From contig OY781964.1 of the NCBI GenBank assembly GCA_963677485.1, positions 3,936,001-4,000,000 of the forward strand: a DNA stretch of 64,000 nt, in the 5' to 3' direction. This DNA is from Armatimonadota bacterium. GTDB taxonomy: Bacteria; Armatimonadota; HRBIN16. Below the pieces are notes generated by a model, which was not told the origin of the DNA, did not search any database, and was given only the letters and a program-made list of their open reading frames with translations. A program made the translations under genes and the position numbers. Positions within the stretch are counted from its first letter, which is position 1; every line of letters begins with the position of its first letter. This document shows positions 19,850-31,456 of this stretch, one piece after another.

Positions 19850-21064
19850 TTATTCGTAGCGAAGTGCGTCGATAGGGTCGAGATATGCCGCTTTGCGAGC
19901 GGGGTATAATCCGAAGAATACTCCGACGAACGCTGCGAACGAGAATGACACGATCACCGATGGAATGGAGACTGTCACAATCCACCCCGATAGACGGGCC
20001 ACCAGCATAGAGCCCAGAACACCGAAGGCAACACCCAATAGACCGCCCATCAAGGAAAGCACCAGGCTCTCGATGAGGAACTGCAGCATGATGTCTTTTC
20101 GCTGTGCCCCCAAGGCTTTTCGGATGCCGATCTCGCGTGTCCGCTCGGTCACAGAGACCAGCATGATATTCATGATGCCGATGCCACCCACCAGCAATGA
20201 CACGCTGGCAATGCCTGCAAGCAACAGAGTGAATACACGGCTGGTTTCCGCAGCAACCTCCATGATGTCAGCTTGGTTACGGATGATGAAGTCATCCTGT
20301 CCGTCTTTAATCCTGTGTGTTTTACGCAGAACGGCTGCGGACTCTTCGAGTGCGACGTTCATGAGATCCATGCTCTTAGCTTGTACGCTGAAGCTTCGGA
20401 GGTATTTTGTGCCAAACAACCTGGTCATCGCGGTAGTAGCCGGAACCATGATCTGGTCATCCGGGTCGTTGAACCCACCTGCGTTGCCTTTGGCTGCCAT
20501 CAGCCCAACGACCTTGAATCTTGTGCCCTGAATGGTGATATACTCACCGACGGGTTGTGCGGTGCCGAACAGGTTCATGGCAGTGGTGGCACACAGCACG
20601 GCTACTTTTTGGTTGGACCGGACATCGCCGTAGGTGATGAACCGGCCTGCAGCCAGGCTGTAGTTGCGGACAGATGGGTAATCTGGATAGGTTCCGAATA
20701 TGGTGGTATTTGTGTTCAGACTCTTGTGCTTGACCTGCATATTCGACCGTGCTTCAGGAACTACCGTTTGAACGGACGGACATTGTTTGATTATCGCATC
20801 GACATCATCCAGCGTCAGCGTTTGACGGCTGCCGTATCCACCCATCACTGCCCCAGTCCGTGCCTGGCCTGACATCACCACTAAAACGTTGGTGCCCATC
20901 TGCTGGATGCGCTGCATGGTTTGTTGTTGAGCACCACCCGCGATGGCTAGCATGGCAATGACTGCGCCTACACCGATGATCACGCCCAGCATGGTGAGGG
21001 CTGCTCGTAGTTTGTTTGCTAATAACCCTTCAAGGGCGACGGAGATACTCTCTTGAAAGCTCAT
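19850..21064 (-). CDS. ABC exporter permease, MacB/FtsX family
   Basis: [16 protein letters not shown]; [29 protein letters not shown]; [17 protein letters not shown]. Confidence 0.95.
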   Translation of the reverse strand: MSFQESISVALEGLLANKLRAALTMLGVIIGVGAVIAMLAIAGGAQQQTMQRIQQMGTNVLVVMSGQARTGAVMGGYGSRQTLTLDDVDAIIKQCPSVQTVVPEARSNMQVKHKSLNTNTTIFGTYPDYPSVRNYSLAAGRFITYGDVRSNQKVAVLCATTAMNLFGTAQPVGEYITIQGTRFKVVGLMAAKGNAGGFNDPDDQIMVPATTAMTRLFGTKYLRSFSVQAKSMDLMNVALEESAAVLRKTHRIKDGQDDFIIRNQADIMEVAAETSRVFTLLLAGIASVSLLVGGIGIMNIMLVSVTERTREIGIRKALGAQRKDIMLQFLIESLVLSLMGGLLGVAFGVLGSMLVARLSGWIVTVSIPSVIVSFSFAAFVGVFFGLYPARKAAYLDPIDALRYE

Positions 21065-21831
21065 TCGTCATCCTCCGGCTTAAGTTTCAACAGCTCCGCG
21101 CGCGCATCGATGGGGGTGGCCACTGGTTCATCAGACACGATGTGGCCATCACGGAACCTGATGATGCGCTGAGTATGAGCTGCGATGTCCTCTTCATGGG
21201 TGACGATGATGACCGTCTTACCTTCCTTGTGAAGCTCTTGAAACAGCATCATGATTTCTTCACTGGTGCGTGTATCAAGGTTGCCAGTGGGCTCGTCACC
21301 GAGGATGATGGGTGGCTGATTCACCAGAGCACGTGCGATGGCTACTCGTTGCTGCTGCCCTCCAGATAGCTCATTTGGCTTATGGTGTATGCGGTCGGCT
21401 AACCCCACACGCTGTAGAGCAATGGTGGCTGCTTCTTCTGCATCACCATGGAACTCGGAGTTGTAGAGCATTGGCAGCATGACTTGACGAATGGCAGGCC
21501 GGCGAGGGATCAGGTTAAATGTTTGAAATACGAATCCGATCTTTCGGTTGCGGATAATAGCCAGCTCATCGTCATCAAGATCAGCAACCTCCTCACCATC
21601 AAGTGTGTATGTGCCTTGAGTCGGTCGGTCAAGACACCCGATGATATTCATGAAGGTGGACTTTCCTGAGCCTGAAGGGCCCATGATTGCCACAAACTCA
21701 CCGGCATTGACGCTCAGCGACACTCCACGCAAGGCGTGTACAGAGACGTCACCTGTCTGGTAGCTCTTTACAACATTGAGGGCTGAAACTACCTGACGGA
21801 CACTTGATGCCCCAGTATTAACGGCCTCCAC
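21061..21831 (-). CDS. ABC exporter ATP-binding protein (MacB/LolD-like)
   Basis: [32 protein letters not shown]; GTG start after GGAGG. Confidence 0.95.
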   Translation of the reverse strand: MEAVNTGASSVRQVVSALNVVKSYQTGDVSVHALRGVSLSVNAGEFVAIMGPSGSGKSTFMNIIGCLDRPTQGTYTLDGEEVADLDDDELAIIRNRKIGFVFQTFNLIPRRPAIRQVMLPMLYNSEFHGDAEEAATIALQRVGLADRIHHKPNELSGGQQQRVAIARALVNQPPIILGDEPTGNLDTRTSEEIMMLFQELHKEGKTVIIVTHEEDIAAHTQRIIRFRDGHIVSDEPVATPIDARAELLKLKPEDDE

Positions 21832-23554
21832 GTCTGCCTCCACCGCCGCCCATACCGCCAGGTCCACCCATTCCGCCTCCACCAGGACCGCCCATGGCAC
21901 CTGGTTGCTGCACGCCCGCAGCCGGTTGGGTACTCTTCATTTCGATAATGGCGGTGATGACCACGTCACCCCGTTTCAGGCCAGACTTGATCTCAGTGGT
22001 GTCGGGGCCAGATAAGCCTGTGACGACCTTCTTTACAACTTGTTTCCCGTCCTGCATGACGGTGACAGTCGAACCGCCTCTACCCTCTTTAACTGCTTCG
22101 TTAGGCACGGTGAGCACATCATTCGCTTCGGCGACGACGAAGTCGCATGTGACATTCATTCCTGGCTTATACCGGATGTCCGTCTTTGAGAGTTCTACCG
22201 TCACGGGAATGGTGGTCACGCTTTGATTCGCAACAGATTGCGGGGCGATCTTAGTGACCTTACCAGCGATGGGCTGATCAGAGTAGGCCTCTATCGTCAC
22301 CATGACCTTCTGGCCTATGTGGATGGTGGCTATATCCGTCTCGTCGACACTGACTAAAGCGAACATTCGGCTGATGTCTGCGATATCGACGATCCCGACG
22401 CCTGCACCAGACCCAGCCAGTGAGCTGCGTCCTGCATTGACTATGGATCCAACCTCTACATATTTCATCGTGACCACGCCAGAGGAAGGCGCCACGACGG
22501 TGGTGTAACCCAGTTGAATCTTGCTGTTCTTGAGAGCCGCTTCAGAACGCTTCACTTGAGCGTTTGCTTGAACGATATCGCCCTGGCGGATCTTATTCTG
22601 CTTGACAGCCGCGAGAGCGTTGAGCAGCGTCGCTTCAGCTTGCTTCACATTGGCGCGGGCTGTTTTCAGTTGCTGCTGTTTGATCTTGTCTTGAACAGCG
22701 TTTAGTTTGGCACTCTTCAAGTCTTCCTTAGCCTGCTGTACGCGGGAATCAGCATTGCGTAGATCAATATCCGTTTGACCCTGGATGGTGTCCAGTTTTC
22801 GTTGAGCACTTTCTAGCTGTGCCTGCGCGACAGTGTTGCGCTCTTCAGCAGCCTCAACCACATTTTTGGCCACGAACCCTTTAGCAAAAAGTGCTTTTTG
22901 ACGTTGGATGTCCAGCTCTGCTGTTTTAGCTGAAGCCACCGCTTGATCATAACTCGACTGTGCGTTTACCACTGCTTGAGGGTTCAGCGCCGTTTTAGTT
23001 TGATCGTAAGTTGCCATGGCACTATCATAGGCACTTTGCGCCTTGTTGATGCTAGCTTGAGTCAGAGAAGGTTGGACCTGAGCTTCATCAGTTGCCTGAG
23101 CAAGCTGCGCTTTAGCGGAAGCCAGCCCTTCACGTGCGGCGGTAATGCCCGTATTACTCTGGACACCCGTGATGCTGAGCTGCTCACGCGCTTGGTCCAC
23201 TTTGGACATAGATGCCGCCATATCGGCTTGGCTCTGATCGTATGCCGTCTGGGTATCTGTGGGGTCGATTTTGGCGATCAGCTGTCCTGCTTTCACGATG
23301 TCACCTTCGTCAACGAGCAGAGAGGTCACTTGTCCACCCACGTTCGACTTCAACTGCACCGTGGTGAGCGGTTGGAGAACACCATTAGCTGAGACCGTTG
23401 CCGTAACAGATCCTCGTCTCACCTTGGCGGTCTTGATGATGACATCTGCTTGTTTACTGACCCACGGTTTCCAGACCAGCAAAGCGATGATCAATGCCCC
23501 TAATCCCACCATGACCCAGAGACGCGACCGAGCCTTAACACGTTTTTTGTTCAT
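21818..23554 (-). CDS. Periplasmic adaptor (MacA-like) with very long coiled coil and Gly-rich tail
   Basis: TM anchor, [26 protein letters not shown]; AGGAGG RBS. Confidence 0.92.
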   Translation of the reverse strand: MNKKRVKARSRLWVMVGLGALIIALLVWKPWVSKQADVIIKTAKVRRGSVTATVSANGVLQPLTTVQLKSNVGGQVTSLLVDEGDIVKAGQLIAKIDPTDTQTAYDQSQADMAASMSKVDQAREQLSITGVQSNTGITAAREGLASAKAQLAQATDEAQVQPSLTQASINKAQSAYDSAMATYDQTKTALNPQAVVNAQSSYDQAVASAKTAELDIQRQKALFAKGFVAKNVVEAAEERNTVAQAQLESAQRKLDTIQGQTDIDLRNADSRVQQAKEDLKSAKLNAVQDKIKQQQLKTARANVKQAEATLLNALAAVKQNKIRQGDIVQANAQVKRSEAALKNSKIQLGYTTVVAPSSGVVTMKYVEVGSIVNAGRSSLAGSGAGVGIVDIADISRMFALVSVDETDIATIHIGQKVMVTIEAYSDQPIAGKVTKIAPQSVANQSVTTIPVTVELSKTDIRYKPGMNVTCDFVVAEANDVLTVPNEAVKEGRGGSTVTVMQDGKQVVKKVVTGLSGPDTTEIKSGLKRGDVVITAIIEMKSTQPAAGVQQPGAMGGPGGGGMGGPGGMGGGGGRRGGR

Positions 23555-23691
23555 ATGTGCCTCCTATCGTCAACTACTTACATGTTCTTGGACGTATACA
23601 TATTCCAAAAGTTTACGAAAAGCTGGAAAATAAACAGGTAGTGTGAGACAAACAAGTGACTAGAAATACCAACATTCGGAGGAATAGTCTT

Positions 23692-24396
23692 ATGAATGAC
23701 CAGAATGTGCCAAGGAAACCAACCACGGACTTTGAGCTGCTTGATTCATCAATGCAGCGTAAGGACTTCACCAGTAGTGACACCTGGCGGGTCTTCAGGA
23801 TCATGAGCGAGTTCGTGCATGGATTTGAAGCCCTGTCACGGGTGGATAATGCGGTGGCGATGTTTGGGTCGGCTCGTTCGCTATCGAGCCATGCTCACTA
23901 TCAAGCGGCTTATGAGACTGCGAAGCTGCTCGGTCAGAAGGGCGTTGCGGTGATCACCGGTGGGGGACCGGGCATCATGGAGGCCGCCAATAAGGGTGTC
24001 AAAGAAGGTGGTGGCTTGAGCATAGGCTGCAACATCGAACTACCATTTGAGCAGCACGAAAACCCATATCTTGATATCAGCCTTGAGTTTCACTACTTCT
24101 TTGTGCGTAAAACTATGTTTTTGAAGTACGCTCATGCGTATATCATCTTCCCGGGCGGTTTCGGCACGCTTGATGAGTTGTTTGAATCGCTGGTGCTGGC
24201 CCAGACAGGAAAGCTGGAGAAATTCCGCGTGATCTTGTTTGACAGCAGCTATTGGGGCGGGCTGGTGGATTGGATTCGCACAACTATGCTTGCCCACCAC
24301 TATATCAAAGATGGCGACATGGACTTGTTTACTGTGGTGGACACCCCCCAGCAGGCAGCCGAACAGATATGTACGTTTTTGAAAGGTGATGACTAG
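23692..24396 (+). CDS. LOG/TIGR00730 family Rossmann-fold protein
   Basis: FGSAR, ITGGGPGIMEAAN, FFVRKTMF, PGGFGTLDE; GGAGG RBS. Confidence 0.93.
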   Translation: MNDQNVPRKPTTDFELLDSSMQRKDFTSSDTWRVFRIMSEFVHGFEALSRVDNAVAMFGSARSLSSHAHYQAAYETAKLLGQKGVAVITGGGPGIMEAANKGVKEGGGLSIGCNIELPFEQHENPYLDISLEFHYFFVRKTMFLKYAHAYIIFPGGFGTLDELFESLVLAQTGKLEKFRVILFDSSYWGGLVDWIRTTMLAHHYIKDGDMDLFTVVDTPQQAAEQICTFLKGDD

Positions 24397-24401
24397 CGAA
24401 C

Positions 24402-24426
24402 CGGTCGGATCCGAGCGGTCCGACCG
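24402..24426. terminator. Stem-loop between convergent genes
   Basis: CGGTCGGA...TCCGACCG inverted repeat. Confidence 0.5.
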
Positions 24427-24461
24427 ATGCTGTCTCGGGGATGCACCTTGTGGAGTGAAGG

Positions 24462-26234
24462 CTAATCGCCGTAGCGTTGCTTGATCATAGAGCGTATATA
24501 CGCAGCGTCCTCATGCACTCGGGCCCGTTCCGCCCGATATCTTTTGGGGTAAGCCGAGTCAAACCGCTTCTCCAGTTTCTCCATATCGGCCAATAGTGCC
24601 TCCGCAAGGTACCGGCCATGCCCCTGGGCGATGATCCGGTTCAACTGCTCCTTGATGGGGTTTAGTCCTGTGCTGGGCTTGCCCCATATGATGAACCCAG
24701 GGTAGTGTTCCACTAAATCCTTCAGAAGCTTTTGTTTGACTGGGTTGGGCTCCAGGTTGACGATCGCCTGCCCGATGGATCGCTTGGGATCATACTGCCC
24801 CGGGTTATATGCGTAATCGGCTGCTGTCAGTAGCGGGATGCGGTTTGAGTCATCTTCAATATGCATGGGGTTTGCCACGTATCCGGTCACCACACTGCAC
24901 AGGTCAGCGTCGCGGTTGATCACAGGACCCAGATGCATGGTGGGCTGACCGTCGTTGACCGGGTAGTTGTCCCACAGAAACAGTTTGCGCCCGATAGCCG
25001 CTTGATAACGCTTAGCCGCAGCGGTGGTGATCTGACCCACCACGCTGTCGCCTGTCCAGAAGATGAAGACATCGGGATTTAGCTGCTTCTTGAGGACACC
25101 CAAGTAAGCCGCATCGGCTTCAGAGCTGCCATCACCCCAGTAGATGGTGGGGCAGAAGATCATGTGAGCTTCTGGGTCGTTTTGGCGCAGCCTGCGATAG
25201 ATTTCGTTGACCACCCTGGACTGCCCCGCGGGGTCGATTCCATTCGTGATGTCATCCAGGCTGATGTTGAACCACTTCACACCCAACGACTGCATCCACT
25301 TGTAGTGCTGCCAGAGGGCATCCACATCCGCATCACTGGAGTATTGAAGCGGCTTGGCACTGCAGAGGTTCGGGTTCATGCTGAAGCAGAACTCGATACC
25401 GGCCTTTTGGCACTGCTTCACAATCTGTTCATAATCTTTTCGCTTTTGGTCGCTCAGCGGTTCATACCATCGGTTCACGGCGGGGTCACCCCATGCGTAG
25501 TGCTCGATGTCGCACATGCTGCCGTAGCAGTTCATGAGGAAGTTCAATTTGTATTTCGCCATGAATGGGATGATCTTCACATATTGATCGGCCTTCCATA
25601 GCCATCCCTTCAGCCCTCTATAAGCGAAGCCTGGTTGCTCGCCTGCGCTCAGTGCGACGGGGATAGGCTGACGTTCGGCGGGCAGCGTGATGAAAAAGTC
25701 ACGGCTGAGGTCGTCACGAAATTCAAAGCCTTCAGGCGCGATGGCACATCGGGCCACCATGAACCAGGGCACATTGCCGATGGGGCCCTCTGGCGCGGTG
25801 TTCTCTATGGTCAGAGTGTTAACGCCTGTTTTGAGGCAGTCCGGCGGGATGGCAAAGCTGCGCACTTCAAACACATTGTCGCGGAATCGGCTGGGCTGAT
25901 CGTAGATGACTGTTGTGTTGATGGTCAACTTAATAGGGCATTTTGTGCCCGCATCATCGTCACAGCCTTTAATATACAGCTTCATGGGCTGCTCTGGCAG
26001 CTTACCGAGGGTGAACTCCACGGACATCCGGCTGGTCGGGCCTGTTGGCTGCGCGTAGACGTAGTTTACGTTGATCTCATCATCATGCGTTGTGCTGAAG
26101 AGATGGGAGGCACCGCCTTTGAGGTCTGTGCCCATCCATTGGACCAACGGTGAAACTGGCGTGGCGCGGGCAACCGACGCGCAGAAAACGCACAATGCCA
26201 TGACCAAAGTGATGCATCCGGTGCAGTAACTCAT
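24462..26234 (-). CDS. Secreted beta-N-acetylglucosaminidase-like protein (GH84) with N-terminal beta-sandwich
   Basis: FNISLDDI, FCPTIY, FWTG..V, LWDNYPVND, NPM, ADYAYNP; signal peptide. Confidence 0.82.
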   Translation of the reverse strand: MSYCTGCITLVMALCVFCASVARATPVSPLVQWMGTDLKGGASHLFSTTHDDEINVNYVYAQPTGPTSRMSVEFTLGKLPEQPMKLYIKGCDDDAGTKCPIKLTINTTVIYDQPSRFRDNVFEVRSFAIPPDCLKTGVNTLTIENTAPEGPIGNVPWFMVARCAIAPEGFEFRDDLSRDFFITLPAERQPIPVALSAGEQPGFAYRGLKGWLWKADQYVKIIPFMAKYKLNFLMNCYGSMCDIEHYAWGDPAVNRWYEPLSDQKRKDYEQIVKQCQKAGIEFCFSMNPNLCSAKPLQYSSDADVDALWQHYKWMQSLGVKWFNISLDDITNGIDPAGQSRVVNEIYRRLRQNDPEAHMIFCPTIYWGDGSSEADAAYLGVLKKQLNPDVFIFWTGDSVVGQITTAAAKRYQAAIGRKLFLWDNYPVNDGQPTMHLGPVINRDADLCSVVTGYVANPMHIEDDSNRIPLLTAADYAYNPGQYDPKRSIGQAIVNLEPNPVKQKLLKDLVEHYPGFIIWGKPSTGLNPIKEQLNRIIAQGHGRYLAEALLADMEKLEKRFDSAYPKRYRAERARVHEDAAYIRSMIKQRYGD

Positions 26235-26365
26235 CGTGACCTCCATGTGGTCTCATCAGTTCGCCGATGAAGCCGTCTCCATAATATACACCACAGGGGT
26301 TTGGTTACCCTTCAAGCTGCGGGTTATAATGAGTGCGGTAATGCTTATGCTGATGGAGTGGATAT

Positions 26366-27757
26366 ATGTTCAATAGAGGGTTCAAGGTTAGCCGTGTCCT
26401 ACAGATGGAGCCAGGGCAGATTGTGGTCGTGAATGGTTGGGTTCGGACGCGGCGTGATAGTGCGAATGTGAGTTTCGCTGAGTTGAACGACGGGTCAGGG
26501 ATGGCCGGTCTGCAGTTGGTCATGCCTAAGGGTGTTGTCAGCGACGAGCTGCTGGCAAAAATCACCACTGGGGCCTGTATTCAAGTGGAAGGTGAATTAG
26601 TAGCCTCACCCGCCAAGGGACAGTCTGTTGAGGTGCTGGTGAGCCGTATCGAGCTACTGGGAGCCGCTGACCCCGGTAGCTACCCGCTAGCCAAGAAGCG
26701 GCACAGCTACGAGTATTTGCGCGAAATCGCGCACCTGCGTCCTCGCACGAACAGCTTTGGAGCCATGTTCCGAGTGCGGAATGCGCTGAGCGTGGCCGTG
26801 CATGATTTTTTCCAGCAGCGTGGGTTTATGTATGTGCATACCCCGGTTGTGACCGCCAGCGACTGTGAAGGGGCTGGCGCGATGTTTGGTGTGACCACGT
26901 TGGACTTGATGAACCTGCCCAGGAATGAATCGGGTGGGGTAGATCACACCCAGGATTTCTTTGGGAAGCCGGCATTCCTCAGCGTTTCGGGGCAATTGGA
27001 GGCTGAGATATTCGCCATGGCCTATGGCGATGTGTATACCTTTGGACCTACCTTCCGTGCAGAGAACAGCAACACCCCGCGGCACCTGGCGGAGTTTTGG
27101 ATGATAGAGCCTGAGATGGCGTTTTGCGACCTGGAAGGTGATGCAGAGGTTGCAGAAGCCTTCCTGAAGCACTGCATAGCGCATGTCATGAAAACATGCC
27201 AGCCTGAGCTGGAGTTCTTCAACAAATTCGTAGATGACAGCGTGATCAGCACCCTGCAGAACGTGGCCGATAAGCCTTTTGAACGGTTAAGTTATACGGC
27301 TGCCATCGAGATACTCGAAAAGAGCGGTCGGAGCTTTGAATACCCCCCGCACTGGGGCATGGATATTCAAACTGAACACGAACGCTATCTGGCGGAAGAG
27401 GTGGTCAAAGGACCGCTGATCGTGACCGACTACCCTAAGGCGATCAAGGCGTTTTACATGCGTGAGAATGAGGACGGCAAGACCGTGAGGGCCATGGATG
27501 TGCTGGCCCCTCGGATAGGCGAGATCATCGGCGGCAGCCAGCGTGAGGAGCGCCACGATGTGCTGCTGCAGCGCATCCGAGAGCAGGGGCTCAACGAGCA
27601 GGCCTATTGGTGGTATCTGGAGCTTCGTCTTTTTGGCAGCGCACCGCATAGCGGATTTGGGTTGGGTTTTGAGCGGATGATGATGTTCCTGACCGGCATG
27701 AAGAACATCCGTGACGTCATCCCGTTCCCTCGTACCCCAGGCAACGCTGAGTTCTAA
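26366..27757 (+). CDS. asnS: Asparagine--tRNA ligase
   Basis: [64 protein letters not shown]. Confidence 0.97.
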   Translation: MFNRGFKVSRVLQMEPGQIVVVNGWVRTRRDSANVSFAELNDGSGMAGLQLVMPKGVVSDELLAKITTGACIQVEGELVASPAKGQSVEVLVSRIELLGAADPGSYPLAKKRHSYEYLREIAHLRPRTNSFGAMFRVRNALSVAVHDFFQQRGFMYVHTPVVTASDCEGAGAMFGVTTLDLMNLPRNESGGVDHTQDFFGKPAFLSVSGQLEAEIFAMAYGDVYTFGPTFRAENSNTPRHLAEFWMIEPEMAFCDLEGDAEVAEAFLKHCIAHVMKTCQPELEFFNKFVDDSVISTLQNVADKPFERLSYTAAIEILEKSGRSFEYPPHWGMDIQTEHERYLAEEVVKGPLIVTDYPKAIKAFYMRENEDGKTVRAMDVLAPRIGEIIGGSQREERHDVLLQRIREQGLNEQAYWWYLELRLFGSAPHSGFGLGFERMMMFLTGMKNIRDVIPFPRTPGNAEF

Positions 27758-27772
27758 CCATATATGAAATAG

Positions 27773-27806
27773 AGAACCGCTCCGGAACACCGGAGCGGTT
27801 CTTTAT
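27773..27806. terminator. Intrinsic terminator after asnS
   Basis: AGAACCGCTCCGG-AACA-CCGGAGCGGTTCT followed by T-rich tract. Confidence 0.85.
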
Positions 27807-27833
27807 GTTGCAGTTATGGAACCGCAGGCCACT

Positions 27834-30191
27834 CTACAAATCCATGATCATCTCAGGGATAGACTGCGTGCGGAAATCCTGTACGATGACCGAAGCGTCC
27901 TGGCTATAGACCGGGTCAATCGGCAACTTGGGTAGATTTTTCAACGCCTTGACTTTCAATTGATGGATGACTTCGGGTTCACCTGCCACCGGTTGTTGGT
28001 TGGACATCAACTGACCGTTGTTAGCCGCTTTCTGTGAGTTGTAGATGCCGATCTTGTCGCCAGTGGGGTTCGATAGCTCCATGTAGTACTTTCCGGCAGG
28101 TTGAGTGCTGTATAACCAAATATGGTCGTTGTCGTTCATGTTTTGCACTGTCGTCGACTTGATCAATTTTCCACCGATATTGTCATACAGAGAAGCCGTC
28201 ATCCCTGAGTTCTGCGATCCCCAGGTCGTGCAGTAGATGCCGATTTTATCAAACTGCTTAACAGCCTCGAAAGTCTGACCTATCGTCTGTCCCTTATCTA
28301 GACGGGTTGTCAGAGCGATGTCCTTGCCTCCAGTTGAGTTGATATTGATACCGCCCATATCTTGAACATCGATGTGGATGCTTCTGATCGGTATTTGCTG
28401 ACCGATATTGTTTTGAACTCTTGCCGTATCGATCGCCTGTTTTGCTTCGGATACCGCCAGTGTCAGTCGCAGTCTGGCGATCAGCATATCCACATAGTGC
28501 TGCACTGGCACCGGGAATCTGAAGTTCGGCTTCCACTCTTTTGCGACCTTTACCTTTTCGGCTTTGGCCAAGACCTTGTGCAGTTTTGCGTTGTAAGCGG
28601 CCGTACCAAACCCGGTCGGATGAGGAATAGGGGAGTTCACGCCGTTCTCACATGCGAAGTATAGCGCCGTCATCGCCTCTGCGTTTATGGGGCCAAAGGC
28701 GGCTGTGCAGAATTCGTGCATGAGCTGACTCAAGGGCCGCGTGGGGTCGATCAGCTTCTGGGCCGCAACGTAGTGGTTCACGACCTGAGGCAGGCCATGG
28801 AAACACATCTCTACGGTCTGGGAGTTGACTGTGTGCCTGGCTTCTTCGGGGTAGCTGCCGATCATCTCATCTACGGAAGTCATGTTGATGGTCAGGTTGT
28901 CATTCATTTCCTGGTCGCCGATATACCAGCCTTTGATGTCGGCCGGTCTGCCGGAGGCGTTGATCGCCCGCACTTGATCGCGGTTGTATAGCCGATGGAT
29001 CGCGATGCCTACATCTCCGGGCATATAGGTGGCATCAAGGAATTTCGCACCATCTGGTATCACACGACCAAACTGGTTGGAATGATTCTGACTAGGGTCG
29101 ATGTTGCTCATATCGACAGGATTTGGTGATGAGAACCAGAATGGTATGTTCGCCCACAGACTGAGTGTTCCCGTGATACGGGGATTGATCTTTTGGAATG
29201 CCTTCATATACTCGTTGGTAATCACTTGGGGTGTCTTGTAGAGATCACATCCGTTACTCGTGCATCCGCCAGGATCACAAAATCGGCAGGTGATATTGTC
29301 AACATACGGGGCATATGTTTTGGCAAACTCATCGATGAACTTCACCATCATCACGTGCTGCTGAGGGTCGTTCCAGCAGTTCGTCACTTCTTCTCTATAC
29401 ATAACATCACCCCACTGGCTGAGTGATACAAACAGATGCCAGTCATGAGCTCCTTGAGAGACGGTCTTCACCGCCCTGCGTGCACGGGTGAATAGGGAGC
29501 CCTGGATGGCACCATATCCGCGGCACTCGTCGACCTGTATCCCGTTGAAGCCAAGCTGCCACATCATTTCGGGATAAGCACGGATGGCCTTTGGCGTCCA
29601 GGTTTCGTAGTTGGCATACTCAAAGGGCGATCCCGCCGGAGCCTGACGCCGGGCTGCTTGCCCCACATTCATCAATCGCAGTTTGATCAACGGGTCGACC
29701 GTGATCTTACCTTGAGCGATCGACAGATACTCGCCGTGGTTCGCGCTGGTGGCGATCAGTCTGGCCACAGCCGCACGCAGACCCGAAATGGTCTTGCCCA
29801 CCATCGTTAAAACTGGGCCGTTCGTTGTCCGAACCGCAGCCAGCATAAAGGCTTCTGGCTTACAGGCTTTATCAAAGACTGGAGGCTGGGAGTTTGGCTT
29901 TAGAGCATTTAATGTTGCTGCCGTAGCCAAAATCCACTGTGGACCGTCGTAGTGGCTGTCATATGTGTTGCCCAGTTTGGGTTGAACAGACAGTTTCCGC
30001 TCCTGGAGGAATTTAATGAGGTATTTGCCCATCTGCTGTTCATCAGCAGACTGGGAGCAGACGATACGGACGGCCTTTCCGACTGTGGCGATTTTCAGCT
30101 CGGAAGCTATTCCTGTCAGTGATTTGCAAAAAGCAGTGGTTGAACCTTGGCTCATCGTGAGGCATAACACCAGTAGCGCGAGGTACTTCAT
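27834..30191 (-). CDS. Secreted hypothetical protein, probable uncharacterised glycoside hydrolase
   Basis: Signal peptide; GH20/GH67-like N-domain (EAFML...MVGKTISGLRAAVARL); barrel-like DPGGC motif; GGAG RBS. Confidence 0.6.
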   Translation of the reverse strand: MKYLALLVLCLTMSQGSTTAFCKSLTGIASELKIATVGKAVRIVCSQSADEQQMGKYLIKFLQERKLSVQPKLGNTYDSHYDGPQWILATAATLNALKPNSQPPVFDKACKPEAFMLAAVRTTNGPVLTMVGKTISGLRAAVARLIATSANHGEYLSIAQGKITVDPLIKLRLMNVGQAARRQAPAGSPFEYANYETWTPKAIRAYPEMMWQLGFNGIQVDECRGYGAIQGSLFTRARRAVKTVSQGAHDWHLFVSLSQWGDVMYREEVTNCWNDPQQHVMMVKFIDEFAKTYAPYVDNITCRFCDPGGCTSNGCDLYKTPQVITNEYMKAFQKINPRITGTLSLWANIPFWFSSPNPVDMSNIDPSQNHSNQFGRVIPDGAKFLDATYMPGDVGIAIHRLYNRDQVRAINASGRPADIKGWYIGDQEMNDNLTINMTSVDEMIGSYPEEARHTVNSQTVEMCFHGLPQVVNHYVAAQKLIDPTRPLSQLMHEFCTAAFGPINAEAMTALYFACENGVNSPIPHPTGFGTAAYNAKLHKVLAKAEKVKVAKEWKPNFRFPVPVQHYVDMLIARLRLTLAVSEAKQAIDTARVQNNIGQQIPIRSIHIDVQDMGGININSTGGKDIALTTRLDKGQTIGQTFEAVKQFDKIGIYCTTWGSQNSGMTASLYDNIGGKLIKSTTVQNMNDNDHIWLYSTQPAGKYYMELSNPTGDKIGIYNSQKAANNGQLMSNQQPVAGEPEVIHQLKVKALKNLPKLPIDPVYSQDASVIVQDFRTQSIPEMIMDL

Positions 30192-30342
30192 GGGATACTC
30201 CAATGTATGATTGAATATGGTTATCAGCAGGATATTATGTTGATAACATCTCATATTACACATCATGGAGCCTTATATCGCGGAAATATGATTACGCATT
30301 TCAGAGGATGTTTACAGTAATCGGTGATTAGGTTCATTGGGC

Positions 30343-30380
30343 AAACAAAAAGGGCTGAAGGATAAATCCCCTCAGCCCCT
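30343..30380 (-). terminator. Intrinsic terminator after sigma gene
   Basis: Minus strand GGGCTGAGGGGAT-TT-ATCCTTCAGCCC-TTTTTGTTT. Confidence 0.8.
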
Positions 30381-30404
30381 GATCTGTTGTTGTCGCATGT
30401 TGGT

Positions 30405-31319
30405 CTATATCAGCAGATAGTTTTTCAATCCCTTGCGTTTGGCAGCGTCCTTCAGTTTGCGCATAGCCTGCGCTTCAATCTGGCGGACACGCTCTCTGCT
30501 GATTTTCAATGCTTCACCAATTTCTTGAAGCACTTGCTCGTCTTGGTCACCGTAGCCGAGTCGTCGGATGATGACCTGGCGTTCGCGGTCTGTGAGTTCG
30601 TTGTAAAGCAGATCGTCGAGCACTTCGTGCCGCTCGATTTCCAGAACCATGTCCTCAGGGTCACGCACGTTTTGGTCGTGAATGAGGGAACCAAGGCTGG
30701 TGTCTTCTTCTTCACCGACCAGCATGTCCAATGACAGAGGCTCCTGACCAGCTTGCTGTAGCTGCATCACTTTTTTGACAGGCACCTCTAGTGCCTTTGC
30801 CAGTTGTTCTATATTTGGCTCATCGCCGTATTCACGGCGTAGTTTTTCGCGTTCACGCTCCATGCGTCGCAGAAGCTCTGCAACATGGGCGGGTACACGG
30901 ACTGTTTTAGCTTTGTTGTCAATAGCTCGTCCGATGGCCTGGCGAATCCAGTGCGTGGCATAGGTGCTAAATCGGAAGCCCTTATCAGGGTCGTAACGCT
31001 CAACAGCGTTCATTAAGCCGATAGCACCTTCCTGAACCAGGTCTTCAAAAGGCACTAGTGTGTTGCGGTAGTGCTTGGCAATATTCATTACCAGACGCAT
31101 GTTGGCCTCAACCAGCTTCTGCTTGGCATGCTCCGCTCGGATAGGATCTTCCGGGTTGCGTGCGGCATGGGCCAGGTCTTGCTCTTCCCTGGGGGTGAGC
31201 AGGCCTGTTCTAGTTAGTCGGTTAAGGAGTGAGGGTGCCTCACTGGCTCCACTTCTACGCGGGCCGGTACTGAGGCTAGCTCCTGAAACTACTTTTTTGG
31301 GGCTATTCGGGACAGTCAT
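30405..31319 (-). CDS. RpoD/SigA-family sigma-70 factor lacking region 1.1 (alternative, group 2-like)
   Basis: LVEANMRLV, DLVQEGAIGLMNAVERYDPDKGFRFSTYATHWIRQAI, SRERVRQIE. Confidence 0.92.
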   Translation of the reverse strand: MTVPNSPKKVVSGASLSTGPRRSGASEAPSLLNRLTRTGLLTPREEQDLAHAARNPEDPIRAEHAKQKLVEANMRLVMNIAKHYRNTLVPFEDLVQEGAIGLMNAVERYDPDKGFRFSTYATHWIRQAIGRAIDNKAKTVRVPAHVAELLRRMEREREKLRREYGDEPNIEQLAKALEVPVKKVMQLQQAGQEPLSLDMLVGEEEDTSLGSLIHDQNVRDPEDMVLEIERHEVLDDLLYNELTDRERQVIIRRLGYGDQDEQVLQEIGEALKISRERVRQIEAQAMRKLKDAAKRKGLKNYLLI

Positions 31320-31390
31320 CTATGTGTATCACCCACTCGTCGAGTTTCGGGTATTGAAACCGAGTTGTGTCTGCGGTTCCTTTCTAAGAA

Positions 31391-31417
31391 TACCTCCTTG
31401 GACCAGGAAATAGTTCC
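31391..31417 (-). promoter_or_regulatory. Putative ECF promoter GGAACT-N17-GGTA
   Basis: Same -35 hexamer and spacing as 10750..10776. Confidence 0.45.
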
Positions 31418-31456
31418 CTGTGAGCAAGGAGGTACCGGATTTTTACGGAAACAGTG

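Noticed and set aside
23590-23616. Possible ECF promoter TAAAC-N16-CGTC before the MacA-like gene (similar TGAAAC-N17-GGTC at 45748)
   Set aside because: Degenerate and with different spacing from the two GGAACT motifs; could be chance
26245-26280. Fluoride-riboswitch-like GGAGACGG...CTGATGA on the minus strand
   Set aside because: Required P1 and pseudoknot complements are missing, and it precedes a GH84 gene
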